DNA of 64,000 nt, from the IMG/VR virus record IMGVR_UViG_3300020165_001964; one strand, 5' to 3'. Of the stretch, positions 9,767 through 19,112 are shown piece after piece. Origin of the DNA: a virus. Both the position numbers and the translations under genes were made by a program. Each line of letters starts with the position of its first letter. The stretch's first letter is position 1. The notes below the pieces were generated by a model. The model was not told the origin of the DNA and did no database searches. It saw nothing but the letters and a program-made list of their open reading frames with translations.

Positions 9767-11361
9767 TAAAAGATTTTGATAAAATCTTGAACGAGTTGAG
9801 TTATAGAGTTAAGGATGGTACACCTGATTTAACCAACGAACAACACTTAATCAAATTATTTGATGTATTAAAAGAACATGATTGGCCAATAGATGAAAGA
9901 GTTAGGGTTATACATAATCTTACCAATGAAGAAAAGATTGGACCAAAAATAGCTCAGAAAAAGATGCAATCAAGAATTGGAGGATTATCTTCTGATTTAT
10001 CCACACCTACTAATCCAAAACGAATTGGAAATGATGGGGATTTATCAGACCAACAATTTACTAATTTATTACAAGGTGAGTTCGGTTCTGAAGTAAAGAT
10101 GGTAAAACCATTAACAGGCCAAAACAAAAGTTCTAAGTTTAATATGTTTCTCTTTTCTTTCGAGGGTAATGATTATGATATTACATTAGCAGGAAAGGTT
10201 TCAGGTAGAGGAACTGCTCAAACTAAAGACCAAGAGTTAGCATTTCTACTATCATTGAGTGCAATTCATGCTGGTGCAAATACAAACAACAAAGAAGAAT
10301 TTTTATCAATGATGTTAGACCCAAGTGTATATGGTGAGGTTTACGATGGTTCATCTATTAGTGAAAATGATGCGTTAGGGTTGGTTTCATTCCTTGAGAA
10401 TAATGATGATTGGTATAAATCTACACTTGCACAAACAAAGAAGTTAGCAGGACAAGTAGGTTCATCACCAAAAAAATATTTAAAAGATGATAGTAAGTTA
10501 GATATTAATAAACTTGCAAAACAATTATATAAAGATGAGTATCAAGATAATCTTGATTTAGATAAATGGAATCCAGCAGATGTGTGGTTATACTACACAA
10601 ATAGTGTTCCAACTTTCAAAAGTTTAGCAGAACTAAATAACTATTTATTAGATAGTATTAAGAAAGGTAATGGTATCATAGGTATATCATTGAAGAAAGG
10701 TTCTGGTAATGTTAGTGTTGTAAATGATGGTAAAAAGAAAGAATACGAGTTGAAGAATCTCGGATTAAAGATTGGTGGTTTATTTAAAATTACTGCATAC
10801 CTTGAGTTTAGTGGTAAGGGATTAGATGGATTGGGTTTACAATTCAGAATCTTTCAAGGAAGTGCTAAAGAACCAATCAGAGGTGAGGCAACTACAAAGG
10901 GTGCAGATGCGGTACAAGGAAAAGTTGCACTACCTGTACTTGATTTAGTTAGTGGACAAAGATTAAGTGGTAAGATTAAGAAATTGGGTGGAGAAGATAT
11001 TCTTGATTATGATAAGAAGTCAAAAGAGTTTTCATTCAGTAAGAATGGTTTGAAGAAATACAAAGAGGTATCAAAACTTTGGAACAAGATTAAAAGTAAA
11101 GTGGTGTTTGCAAGAGGTGCTAAATCATCTGATTATTCAAATGCATTTAAATCACCAGATAACTTTCTTGATATGTTAAACAAACTAAACCTTGCTGAGA
11201 ATAAAGCAAAAGCAGTACTGAACTCTCGTTTCCAAACAATTGCATTATTATCATATCTTGGTTCAATGAATAGAGGGAAACAAGCAGATGTGGCAATAGG
11301 ATTGTTGAAGTATGGTAAATCACAATCAGATTGGTCATCGGCACATTTAAAGGTACAATAA
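9763..11361 (+). CDS. Hypothetical protein, possibly a PD-(D/E)XK-type nuclease
   Basis: DKWNPADVW..IIGISLKK pattern. ATG at 9763 overlaps the upstream stop. Confidence 0.45.
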   Translation: MIKDFDKILNELSYRVKDGTPDLTNEQHLIKLFDVLKEHDWPIDERVRVIHNLTNEEKIGPKIAQKKMQSRIGGLSSDLSTPTNPKRIGNDGDLSDQQFTNLLQGEFGSEVKMVKPLTGQNKSSKFNMFLFSFEGNDYDITLAGKVSGRGTAQTKDQELAFLLSLSAIHAGANTNNKEEFLSMMLDPSVYGEVYDGSSISENDALGLVSFLENNDDWYKSTLAQTKKLAGQVGSSPKKYLKDDSKLDINKLAKQLYKDEYQDNLDLDKWNPADVWLYYTNSVPTFKSLAELNNYLLDSIKKGNGIIGISLKKGSGNVSVVNDGKKKEYELKNLGLKIGGLFKITAYLEFSGKGLDGLGLQFRIFQGSAKEPIRGEATTKGADAVQGKVALPVLDLVSGQRLSGKIKKLGGEDILDYDKKSKEFSFSKNGLKKYKEVSKLWNKIKSKVVFARGAKSSDYSNAFKSPDNFLDMLNKLNLAENKAKAVLNSRFQTIALLSYLGSMNRGKQADVAIGLLKYGKSQSDWSSAHLKVQ

Positions 11362-11362
11362 T

Positions 11363-11770
11363 ATGAAAACACAATTACTATGTACATTCACACGACAAGC
11401 AAGGTTTAACGAAACTATAGATGTTATTGTATCATGCAATGATATTCTATATGAAAAGATTTATGTATTTCAAAATCAACAAGATTTAACTCAGTTGATT
11501 TGCACATACAATGTAGAGTTTATAGATAACTTCGAAGAGAATATAGAGAACACTATATCATTACACAGAAAGAAACAAAGTAATACACTATATACAATCA
11601 ATGCATTGAATGAAGTTATCAGAAGTAAGAATGGTGGAGTGTTAGATAAACGATTCAATGTAGATTGGGCAGAGTATCAGAACACATTACTACTAACAAA
11701 CGAGACTGGATTGAATGTAGTACCCACAAAAATCTTTCAAATCATCAATGTAACGGAATGGAACAAATAG
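11363..11770 (+). CDS. Hypothetical phage protein
   Basis: 135-aa ORF tightly coupled to the upstream gene. Confidence 0.7.
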   Translation: MKTQLLCTFTRQARFNETIDVIVSCNDILYEKIYVFQNQQDLTQLICTYNVEFIDNFEENIENTISLHRKKQSNTLYTINALNEVIRSKNGGVLDKRFNVDWAEYQNTLLLTNETGLNVVPTKIFQIINVTEWNK

Positions 11771-11813
11771 TTACACCTGTTACATATCAATTGTAACAAA
11801 ATTTAACACTAAG

Positions 11814-11839
11814 AAACCACTCATTCGAGTGGTTTTTTT
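11814..11839 (+). terminator. Rho-independent terminator
   Basis: AAACCACTC-ATTC-GAGTGGTTT followed by a T run. Confidence 0.85.
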
Positions 11840-11989
11840 ATGCCAATATAAATCTAACAATATCAACACATAAAAAAAAATTAAAATAATTTCCAAAAAA
11901 GGGCCACTTTGGTACACTTATTGTACTATAAGCTGTAGAGGATGGAATCATAAGGATGAAATCTTAAACTAAACTAAAGGAGAACGAAG

Positions 11990-12637
11990 ATGTTCACAGG
12001 CCTTATTAAAAAATTAAAGAGTAGGAGAGGAAACTCTCTTGCTGAATTCGCAGTAACTACAGCAATGATGGCAACTCTCGCAACAACAGCTGCACCAAAA
12101 TTTGGACAGGTTGGAGCAGGTGCTAAAGAAAAGAAAACTATGGCAAACATAGATAAAATCTTGACTGTAGCAAACAATTATTATAACCAAACATTATCTG
12201 AAGAGGGTAAAGGTAGATTCCCAGGCCAAGAAAAATATGATGTCGCTGTAGGTGGTATCGGTTTATCTGAGGGAACTTCTACTGATGAAACTCTTGAGGC
12301 TTATGTTGAAACTATCCTTGATAGTAAAGTATCTTATGATTCAGAGTTAGGTGAGTTCGTATATGTATTCTCACCAACAAGTGATGATGATGATGCACTT
12401 CAAGGTGATTGGATGAGTTTAGAAACATCAGTTGGATTCGATGGTAATTCAGAAATTGGTGCTCTTGATTTCAAGAATGACTTTGGTAACAAAGGTATGC
12501 AATCACCATTTCAGGATGGTTCATATGCTTATTTAGTAATACCTGGTAGTGGAAGTGGTACATCTGCACAAGCACCAGTAATCGTAGTAATAGATACTGA
12601 AAATCCATCTAAACTACACAAAACTTTAGTACCTTAA
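11990..12637 (+). CDS. Type IV pilin/pseudopilin-like protein
   Basis: Class III signal peptide KSRRG|NSLAEFAVTTAMMATLA with E at +5, then a hydrophobic helix. Confidence 0.75.
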   Translation: MFTGLIKKLKSRRGNSLAEFAVTTAMMATLATTAAPKFGQVGAGAKEKKTMANIDKILTVANNYYNQTLSEEGKGRFPGQEKYDVAVGGIGLSEGTSTDETLEAYVETILDSKVSYDSELGEFVYVFSPTSDDDDALQGDWMSLETSVGFDGNSEIGALDFKNDFGNKGMQSPFQDGSYAYLVIPGSGSGTSAQAPVIVVIDTENPSKLHKTLVP

Positions 12638-12669
12638 ATCGTAACATAATATCTTGAAAGGATAATAGA

Positions 12670-13110
12670 ATGAAGAACATAATCAAAAACACAAGTAAAG
12701 GATTCACATTGATTGAATTAGTAATGGTTACAATCATATTAGGAATCTTAGCAGCAGTGGCATTACCGAGATATCAAGAGACAGTTGATAATGCAGAAGA
12801 AACAGCAGAAAAAACATTTGTCGATATGGTGTGGGCGGGGTGTGAACAAGAATCATCTGAAAGATTGACTGCGTTCGGACTTGAAGCATGGCCTTATAAT
12901 CCATTGACAGTAATTGGAAGAAGTCGTAATCTATCAGTTACATTGTTCGAGGGGATACCCGATGAAGATAATGAGTGGCAGTTTAGTGTAGATGCAGTTG
13001 GTGAACCAGCAATATTTCATCAAAGAAGAAATGATGAAATCTATTACTACACATATGATTCATTAACATTTGAATTAGCTGAACTACCTACTCTATACAC
13101 CAATGAGTAA
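12670..13110 (+). CDS. Type IV pilin/pseudopilin with N-methylation motif
   Basis: KG|FTLIELVMVTIILGILAAVALP. Confidence 0.92.
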   Translation: MKNIIKNTSKGFTLIELVMVTIILGILAAVALPRYQETVDNAEETAEKTFVDMVWAGCEQESSERLTAFGLEAWPYNPLTVIGRSRNLSVTLFEGIPDEDNEWQFSVDAVGEPAIFHQRRNDEIYYYTYDSLTFELAELPTLYTNE

Positions 13111-13525
13111 ATCAGTAAACACGATAGAATTAGGCCTCACTGCAGCTATTATGATTGTGGTGGGGTTTGTTTTATTTCAACCTGATATTACTTATATCGA
13201 TGACAAACCTACAATGAAAACATTCTATGATTTTCCACTACAGGCGTGGTTAGATACTGATAGAGGTGGTGATGTTGTTAAGGTTAGATATTTGGTAGAT
13301 AGAACAAAAACTAAATTATATATGTTTGATAAGTATGGTAAAATAGTACATAAACAACCGATATCATTGAGTCCATATGGTGATGGTAGAGAACGAATAG
13401 AAACTTATGTATGGAAACTATATCGTACAGAGTGGACAGATAGAATTGGTGCTGGTGAATATGGTATAGTGGTTGGTACAGATTTTGACCATAGGGGAAT
13501 ATCCATTGAGATTGATATACCTTAG
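13103..13525 (+). CDS. Membrane-anchored hypothetical protein
   Basis: N-terminal TM segment (IELGLTAAIMIVVGFVLF); coupled to the pilin gene. Confidence 0.6.
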   Translation: MSKSVNTIELGLTAAIMIVVGFVLFQPDITYIDDKPTMKTFYDFPLQAWLDTDRGGDVVKVRYLVDRTKTKLYMFDKYGKIVHKQPISLSPYGDGRERIETYVWKLYRTEWTDRIGAGEYGIVVGTDFDHRGISIEIDIP

Positions 13526-13754
13526 TTTATTAACAATATTATATTCACAAGATTCCTTAGATGTTGAACTGAACTTAGATAGTTTGTGGGAAAACTATGA
13601 GTGGGAAGAAATCCAAGAAGTTACAGATGTATATGCTGAAGTAGAACAAATCACAGCAGTTGCAGGAGTTCGTGGTTCTGAGGCAAAGTATGAGATATTC
13701 AAGTATCTATACTACAGAAAATCAATGAAATCAAAAAAAATGAAAAAAAATTAA
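13506..13754 (+). CDS. Small, probably exported hypothetical protein
   Basis: Likely TTG start with signal-like LRLIYLSLLTILYSQ. Confidence 0.5.
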   Translation: MRLIYLSLLTILYSQDSLDVELNLDSLWENYEWEEIQEVTDVYAEVEQITAVAGVRGSEAKYEIFKYLYYRKSMKSKKMKKN

Positions 13755-13825
13755 AATAAAATGTATTTTGAGAATTTATATATATATATATTATTATATC
13801 AAATGATGATATAGAGTTTTTTGAA

Positions 13826-14238
13826 AATTGAGAAATCGGAAAGTACAGAGAGTAATTAGCTCTGTATGGGATTGGCTGAAAAATGAGTATACTTCGGAAG
13901 CTCATAAGGCAATCTATGATTAGTTCGTGGTGAACCTACTTAGGTGTAAATCATTTCGGTAGTTGAGACATCAATAATCAGAAGTACTTGAAGAAAAAAA
14001 CAGAAACGATTCTGTTGACCTTATTGTGGGTAAGGGTAATACTGAAATCCCACTTTATGACTGAACAAACTAAACTCTGAGAGTTAAGGTATTGGCATAG
14101 AGGTTGTACTCGATTCGATGAGATTAACCATCTTGAGAATCACTTTCATAACTGAAAGATGTTAAGTATAAGGTAGAAAAAATCAGAGCTTCAAGTTGTG
14201 AGTAATCGTTAATCTCACATCCCCAAGATTTCCAAATT
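13826..14238 (+). ncRNA. Candidate large structured ncRNA (~410 nt), family unidentified
   Basis: No + strand ORF in the track. Terminal pairing GAAATC/GATTTC, many internal stems, and a 10-bp long-range helix 14119-14128/14208-14217. Strand inferred from context. Confidence 0.65.
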
Positions 14239-14248
14239 TAGATAATAT

Positions 14249-14319
14249 AAAAAATGGCCACATGATTTTTAGTTTCCACTTATAAATAAACTTAAAAAAC
14301 TAGCTGGCCATTTTTTTTT
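14249..14319 (+). terminator. Long hairpin with U-tract
   Basis: AAAAAATGGCCA...TGGCCATTTTTTTTT with further internal pairing. Confidence 0.65.
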
Positions 14320-14434
14320 ACAAATAATGAAAAAAGATTACATTTTTAGCAATCAAGGTTATACTTATTATTGTATCGATAAATGATACCACTAATAAAT
14401 ACAAAATAAACATAAACAAATAGGAGATTAAGTA

Positions 14435-15190
14435 ATGGACTTAAACGCAATTAAAAAACGACTCAATCAGTTACAAACCACAAACAATCGTACTTCCAGT
14501 CTTTGGAAACCACAACCAGGTAAAACTCAAATAAGAATCGTTCCTTATGCATTCAATAAAGATAATCCTTTCATTGAATTATTTTTCCACTACAATCTGA
14601 ACAATCGTTCATATCTTTCACCAATTTCTTTCGGTAGACCAGACCCAATTGAGGAGTTTGCTCAGAAACTAAAAGGAAGTGGTAGTAAAGAAGATTATCA
14701 GCTATCAAGGAAACTTGAAGCAAAGATGAGAACTTTTGCACCAGTAGTAGTTAGAGGAGAAGAGAAACAAGGAGTGAAATTTTGGGGATTTGGAAAGACA
14801 GTTTATCAAGAACTTCTTTCTATAATCGCAGACCCTGATTATGGTGATATCACCGACCCAGTAAATGGTCGTGATGTTGTTGTGGAATTTATCACAGCTG
14901 AAGAAAGTGGTGCGAGTTTTCCAAAAACTAACATTCGTGTCAAACCTAATCAAACATCGATTTCTGATGAACCAGATGTACTTGAATTGGTTAAAACCCA
15001 ACAAGACATCAAGGAAATCTATCAAGAGTTAGCATATGATGACCTTACAGACGTGCTGAATGAATGGTTGAATCCAAATGAGGATTCTACTGAAACAGAA
15101 ACTAAAGAAAAAGAAGTTTCTACTTCAGAACTTTCATCTGCCAAAGTAAGTAATACAGGTGATGCTTTTGACGAATTGTTCAAATCGTAA
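14435..15190 (+). CDS. ssDNA-binding protein (gp32-like)
   Basis: WKPQPGKTQIRIVP, FGKTVY, DITDPVNGRD, acidic tail ending DAFDELF; precedes the recombinase. Confidence 0.8.
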   Translation: MDLNAIKKRLNQLQTTNNRTSSLWKPQPGKTQIRIVPYAFNKDNPFIELFFHYNLNNRSYLSPISFGRPDPIEEFAQKLKGSGSKEDYQLSRKLEAKMRTFAPVVVRGEEKQGVKFWGFGKTVYQELLSIIADPDYGDITDPVNGRDVVVEFITAEESGASFPKTNIRVKPNQTSISDEPDVLELVKTQQDIKEIYQELAYDDLTDVLNEWLNPNEDSTETETKEKEVSTSELSSAKVSNTGDAFDELFKS

Positions 15191-15293
15191 ATTGAATAGA
15201 TAATAATATATAGTGTGTGGCAACATACAACAAAAGTAGAGATGGGTGTTATTGTATTCCCTAACTACACACTATTAACTTAAGGAGATTAGG

Positions 15294-16394
15294 ATGGCAT
15301 CAGTAAATGATGTATTGGCCTCAACATTGGCCGATAGTTTAAATAAAAAATTCAAAGATACTAAGGTAGCATACTTCTTAGATGGAAGTGATTCAACACC
15401 AACAGATATAAAAGATTTTATCTCAACAGGTAGTTCCATGTTGGATTTGGCTATATCAAATAGACCAGATGGTGGTATTGCAGTTGGTAGAATTACAGAA
15501 ATCAATGGATTAGAATCAAGTGGTAAATCACTACTTGGTGCTCATATTCTTGCAGAGACTCAGAAGAAAGGTGGTGTGGCAGTTTATATTGATACTGAAA
15601 CATCTGTTTCCCAAGAGTTCTTGGAAGTAATTGGTGTTGATATGAACAAAATGTTATATCTACACTTAGAGACTGTAGAGGATATCTTTGAAGCTATTGA
15701 TGAAATAGTAACAAAAGTTAGAGAATCAGACAAAGATAGGTTAGTAACTATTATGGTTGATTCACTTGCAGCCGCATCTACGAAAGTAGAAATGGAATCT
15801 GATTTTGAGAAAGATGGTTGGGCAACTGCTAAGGCAATCATTATTAGTAAGGCAATGAGAAAGATTACTCAGATGATTGGTAGACAGAAAATAGCTCTCG
15901 TATTCACAAATCAGTTAAGACAAAAATTAGGTGTTATGTTTGGAGACCCTTGGACAACAAGTGGTGGAAAAGCATTACCATTCCATGCTTCAACAAGAAT
16001 CAGATTGAAGAACATGGGACAAATCAAAGACACGGCAAAGAATGTTCTTGGTATGAAGTGTAGAGCACAGATTGTCAAGAATAGATTAGGCCCACCTTTA
16101 AGACATACCGATTATGATATGTACTTCGATAGAGGTATAGATAATTATGGTGCATGGTTGACTGTGTTGAAAGAACACAAGTTAGTTAAATCAGGTGGTG
16201 CATGGTACACTCTTACAGACCAAAATGGTAAAGACCATAAGTTTTTATCAAAGGATTGGGAAGAGTTGATTGCCAGTAATGATGAGTTGAAAGACTATGT
16301 CTATGGTATCATTTGTGATAAGGTTATATTACAATACAAAGATAAACTTGGTATTGATGATGTAGAGTTCACAGATGAGGTTATAGGTGATTAA
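15294..16394 (+). CDS. recA: RecA/UvsX recombinase
   Basis: GRITEINGLESSGKS, YIDTE, VDSLAA, FTNQLR and GGKALPFHASTRI. Confidence 0.93.
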   Translation: MASVNDVLASTLADSLNKKFKDTKVAYFLDGSDSTPTDIKDFISTGSSMLDLAISNRPDGGIAVGRITEINGLESSGKSLLGAHILAETQKKGGVAVYIDTETSVSQEFLEVIGVDMNKMLYLHLETVEDIFEAIDEIVTKVRESDKDRLVTIMVDSLAAASTKVEMESDFEKDGWATAKAIIISKAMRKITQMIGRQKIALVFTNQLRQKLGVMFGDPWTTSGGKALPFHASTRIRLKNMGQIKDTAKNVLGMKCRAQIVKNRLGPPLRHTDYDMYFDRGIDNYGAWLTVLKEHKLVKSGGAWYTLTDQNGKDHKFLSKDWEELIASNDELKDYVYGIICDKVILQYKDKLGIDDVEFTDEVIGD

Positions 16395-17442
16395 TAAGAG
16401 ACACTTATCAATATTTGAAGAGATTAAGAAATCTGGCGGTAAAGTAGATAGTGGTGAACCAAACGACTCGGTTTTACTTATAGATGGTTTGAACACTTTT
16501 ATTAGAGTGTTCACCGCAATACCTACTACTAATGAGGATGGAATTCACATTGGTGGAATAGTAGGTTTTTTAAGGTCTTTGGCTTTCACTATAAATATGG
16601 TTAGACCTACACGAACTATCATAGTATTTGATGGTAAAGGTGGGTCTAATCGCCGTAGAAAGATATTTCCTGAATATAAGGCAGGAAGAAAAATGTCTCT
16701 AAGGTTAAATAGATTTACAGATGTTTCTTTGACTCGTGAACAAGAACATAAGATGATGATTCAACAATTAAATCGAGTGATTGAATATCTTGAATGTTTA
16801 CCATTAACAATAACAAATGTTCCTAATATAGAAGCAGATGATGTTATTGGGTATGCATCAAAACATTGTTTCAAAGATAATTGTACAATCATGTCAACCG
16901 ATAAAGATTTTCTTCAGTTGGTAGATGAACGAATCAAGGTATGGTCACCAACGAAGAAAAAGATGTACGATGAAGAAAGAATACTAAATGAATATGGTAT
17001 CAATGCAACAAACTTTTTACTATTCAGAACAATGGATGGTGATAAATCAGATGGAATACCTGGAATCAAGGGTGCAGGAATAAAAACATTATTAAAAATG
17101 TTTCCTTGGCTTGCTTCCCCACACAAACATTCCATTGATGATTTATTAAAAAGTGCAGAACCTAAAAGAAAACAATTCAAACTATGTGAACAGATAGTAA
17201 ACTCAGAAGACCAATTACTTTTAAATAAGAAACTAATGGATTTAGATGATTTAAACATATCTGGTCATAGTAAACGAACTATTCAAACGCTAGTAGAGAA
17301 TCCAATTCAACGAATGGTTAAGCACAAGTTTCAGAAGATGTTCTTAGAGGATAAAATGTATACTGCATTACCTAATCTTGATAGTTGGTTACACTCAACA
17401 TTTAATAGATTAAATCATATGGCAGAGAAGACACATGGGTAG
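16387..17442 (+). CDS. 5'-3' exonuclease/RNase H (FEN-like)
   Basis: LLIDG, VFDG, YKAGR, EADDVIG, STDKDFLQL and GDKSDGIPGIKGAG. Confidence 0.92.
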   Translation: MINKRHLSIFEEIKKSGGKVDSGEPNDSVLLIDGLNTFIRVFTAIPTTNEDGIHIGGIVGFLRSLAFTINMVRPTRTIIVFDGKGGSNRRRKIFPEYKAGRKMSLRLNRFTDVSLTREQEHKMMIQQLNRVIEYLECLPLTITNVPNIEADDVIGYASKHCFKDNCTIMSTDKDFLQLVDERIKVWSPTKKKMYDEERILNEYGINATNFLLFRTMDGDKSDGIPGIKGAGIKTLLKMFPWLASPHKHSIDDLLKSAEPKRKQFKLCEQIVNSEDQLLLNKKLMDLDDLNISGHSKRTIQTLVENPIQRMVKHKFQKMFLEDKMYTALPNLDSWLHSTFNRLNHMAEKTHG

Positions 17443-17623
17443 GAAGAAGAAATATTTTACAGCAAAAGAGAAACGAGATGCACAAAGAAAGTGGCAGATG
17501 GAACATTACAAACGAAATGCTGATAGGATAAAAGCAAAAGCACGACAGAGATATCGTGATATGAAAAGAACGGAATTTTATGATAAAAAAATACAAGATT
17601 TGTATGGCAATCTTGATACTTAA
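17435..17623 (+). CDS. Small basic hypothetical protein
   Basis: 62-aa Lys/Arg-rich ORF coupled to its neighbours. Confidence 0.6.
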   Translation: MGRKKKYFTAKEKRDAQRKWQMEHYKRNADRIKAKARQRYRDMKRTEFYDKKIQDLYGNLDT

Positions 17624-17635
17624 TAATAGGTTATA

Positions 17636-18997
17636 ATGAGTGAATCTTTAACACAATACGGAACAAATTTTCAAAGTAAGATGCTTACATCTTTAATCAC
17701 AGATGTAAAGTATACAAAAACAATTTTAGATATCTTAGAGATAAGTTACTTCGATTCAGATAGTAACAAATTCATAATCAAATCCATCAAGGATTATTTC
17801 AAAAAATACAAAACCACACCAACAATGGAAGCATTAAAAGTTATTGTTGATGAGGTAGATAATGATGTGTTAAAAACATCCATAGTAGATGGATTAAGAA
17901 GTGCATGGCAACATCGTGAATCACCAGATTTAGCTTTTGTAAAAGAGAAATCTCTTGAGTTTTGTAAGAACCAAGTTGTAAAGAATGCAATTATGGAATC
18001 AGTTGAATTATTAGAAGTACAGAAGTATGATGAAATAAAAACCATTATAGATGAAGCTATGAAGGCGGGTGTAGAAACTGATATCGGACACGAATACATC
18101 ACAGGTTTAGAGGAGAGATTATCCAAACAAACAAGAGTATGTTTACCTACACAATGGGATAGTGTAAATGATTTGATGGATGGTGGATTGGCAGGTGGTG
18201 AGTTGGGTGTGATTGTTGCTCCTGCTGGTATTGGTAAATCTTGGACTCTTCAAGCATTGGGTGCTCATGCAGTTGCACAAGGAAAGACGGTACTTCATTA
18301 TACATTAGAGTTAAATGCTCAGTATGTAGGGTTAAGATATGATACAATAGTAAGTGGACAACCAACAGGTAACTTACAATACTATAAAGAAGAAGTACAA
18401 CAAAAGATTTCAAAGTTAAAGGGTGAGTTAATCATCAAATATTATCCAACAAAAAGTGCAAGTGTTAATACTCTTGCAGCACATATACAACAATGTGAGA
18501 TGAGAGGTATAAAACCAGATATGATTATTGTGGATTATGCAGATATTATGAAATCTACACAACACTTCAATGAAAAAAGACATCAAATAGGTCATGTGTA
18601 TGAAGAACTACGAGGTATGGCAGGTGAGTTTGATATACCATTATGGACAGCATCTCAAGCTAATCGTTCAGCATTAGAAGAAGATGTGATTGGAGCAGAT
18701 AAAGTATCAGAAGATTATTCAAAGGTTATGACAGCAGATTTTGTTATGAGTATGAGTAGAAAAGTAGAAGATAAGATTGCTAACACAGGTAGATTCCATG
18801 TTATTAAGAATAGATTTGGGCCAGATGGTATTACATTCCCTGCTACTATCAACACTAATACAGGTTTTATACAAATCTATGAAACAAACACACAAGGTGG
18901 TAAAGAAGTACAAGGAAAAATGAATAATGCTGATGAATATATTCGTAAAACATTGGCACAGAAGAAGAAAGATTTTGATGGCGAAGGGTTTGAATAA
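17636..18997 (+). CDS. Replicative DnaB-like helicase (gp41-like)
   Basis: Walker A APAGIGKS, TLEL, IIVDYAD, TASQANR and KNRFG. Confidence 0.92.
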   Translation: MSESLTQYGTNFQSKMLTSLITDVKYTKTILDILEISYFDSDSNKFIIKSIKDYFKKYKTTPTMEALKVIVDEVDNDVLKTSIVDGLRSAWQHRESPDLAFVKEKSLEFCKNQVVKNAIMESVELLEVQKYDEIKTIIDEAMKAGVETDIGHEYITGLEERLSKQTRVCLPTQWDSVNDLMDGGLAGGELGVIVAPAGIGKSWTLQALGAHAVAQGKTVLHYTLELNAQYVGLRYDTIVSGQPTGNLQYYKEEVQQKISKLKGELIIKYYPTKSASVNTLAAHIQQCEMRGIKPDMIIVDYADIMKSTQHFNEKRHQIGHVYEELRGMAGEFDIPLWTASQANRSALEEDVIGADKVSEDYSKVMTADFVMSMSRKVEDKIANTGRFHVIKNRFGPDGITFPATINTNTGFIQIYETNTQGGKEVQGKMNNADEYIRKTLAQKKKDFDGEGFE

Positions 18998-19112
18998 AAC
19001 TTCGAAGAAAATCTTTTTAAAACTTCGAAAAAATTAAAAAACTTTGTATTATCTGCTGTATATATAATACTTATTTATCGGAGAAAACAAGTTTTAAATT
19101 AAGGAGACAAGA

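Noticed and set aside
13826-14238. RNase P RNA, tmRNA or group I intron identity for the structured region
   Set aside because: GGAAAGTAC and AACAGAA only loosely echo RNase P conserved regions and no P4 partner was found. There are no tRNA-like tmRNA ends and no interrupted gene.
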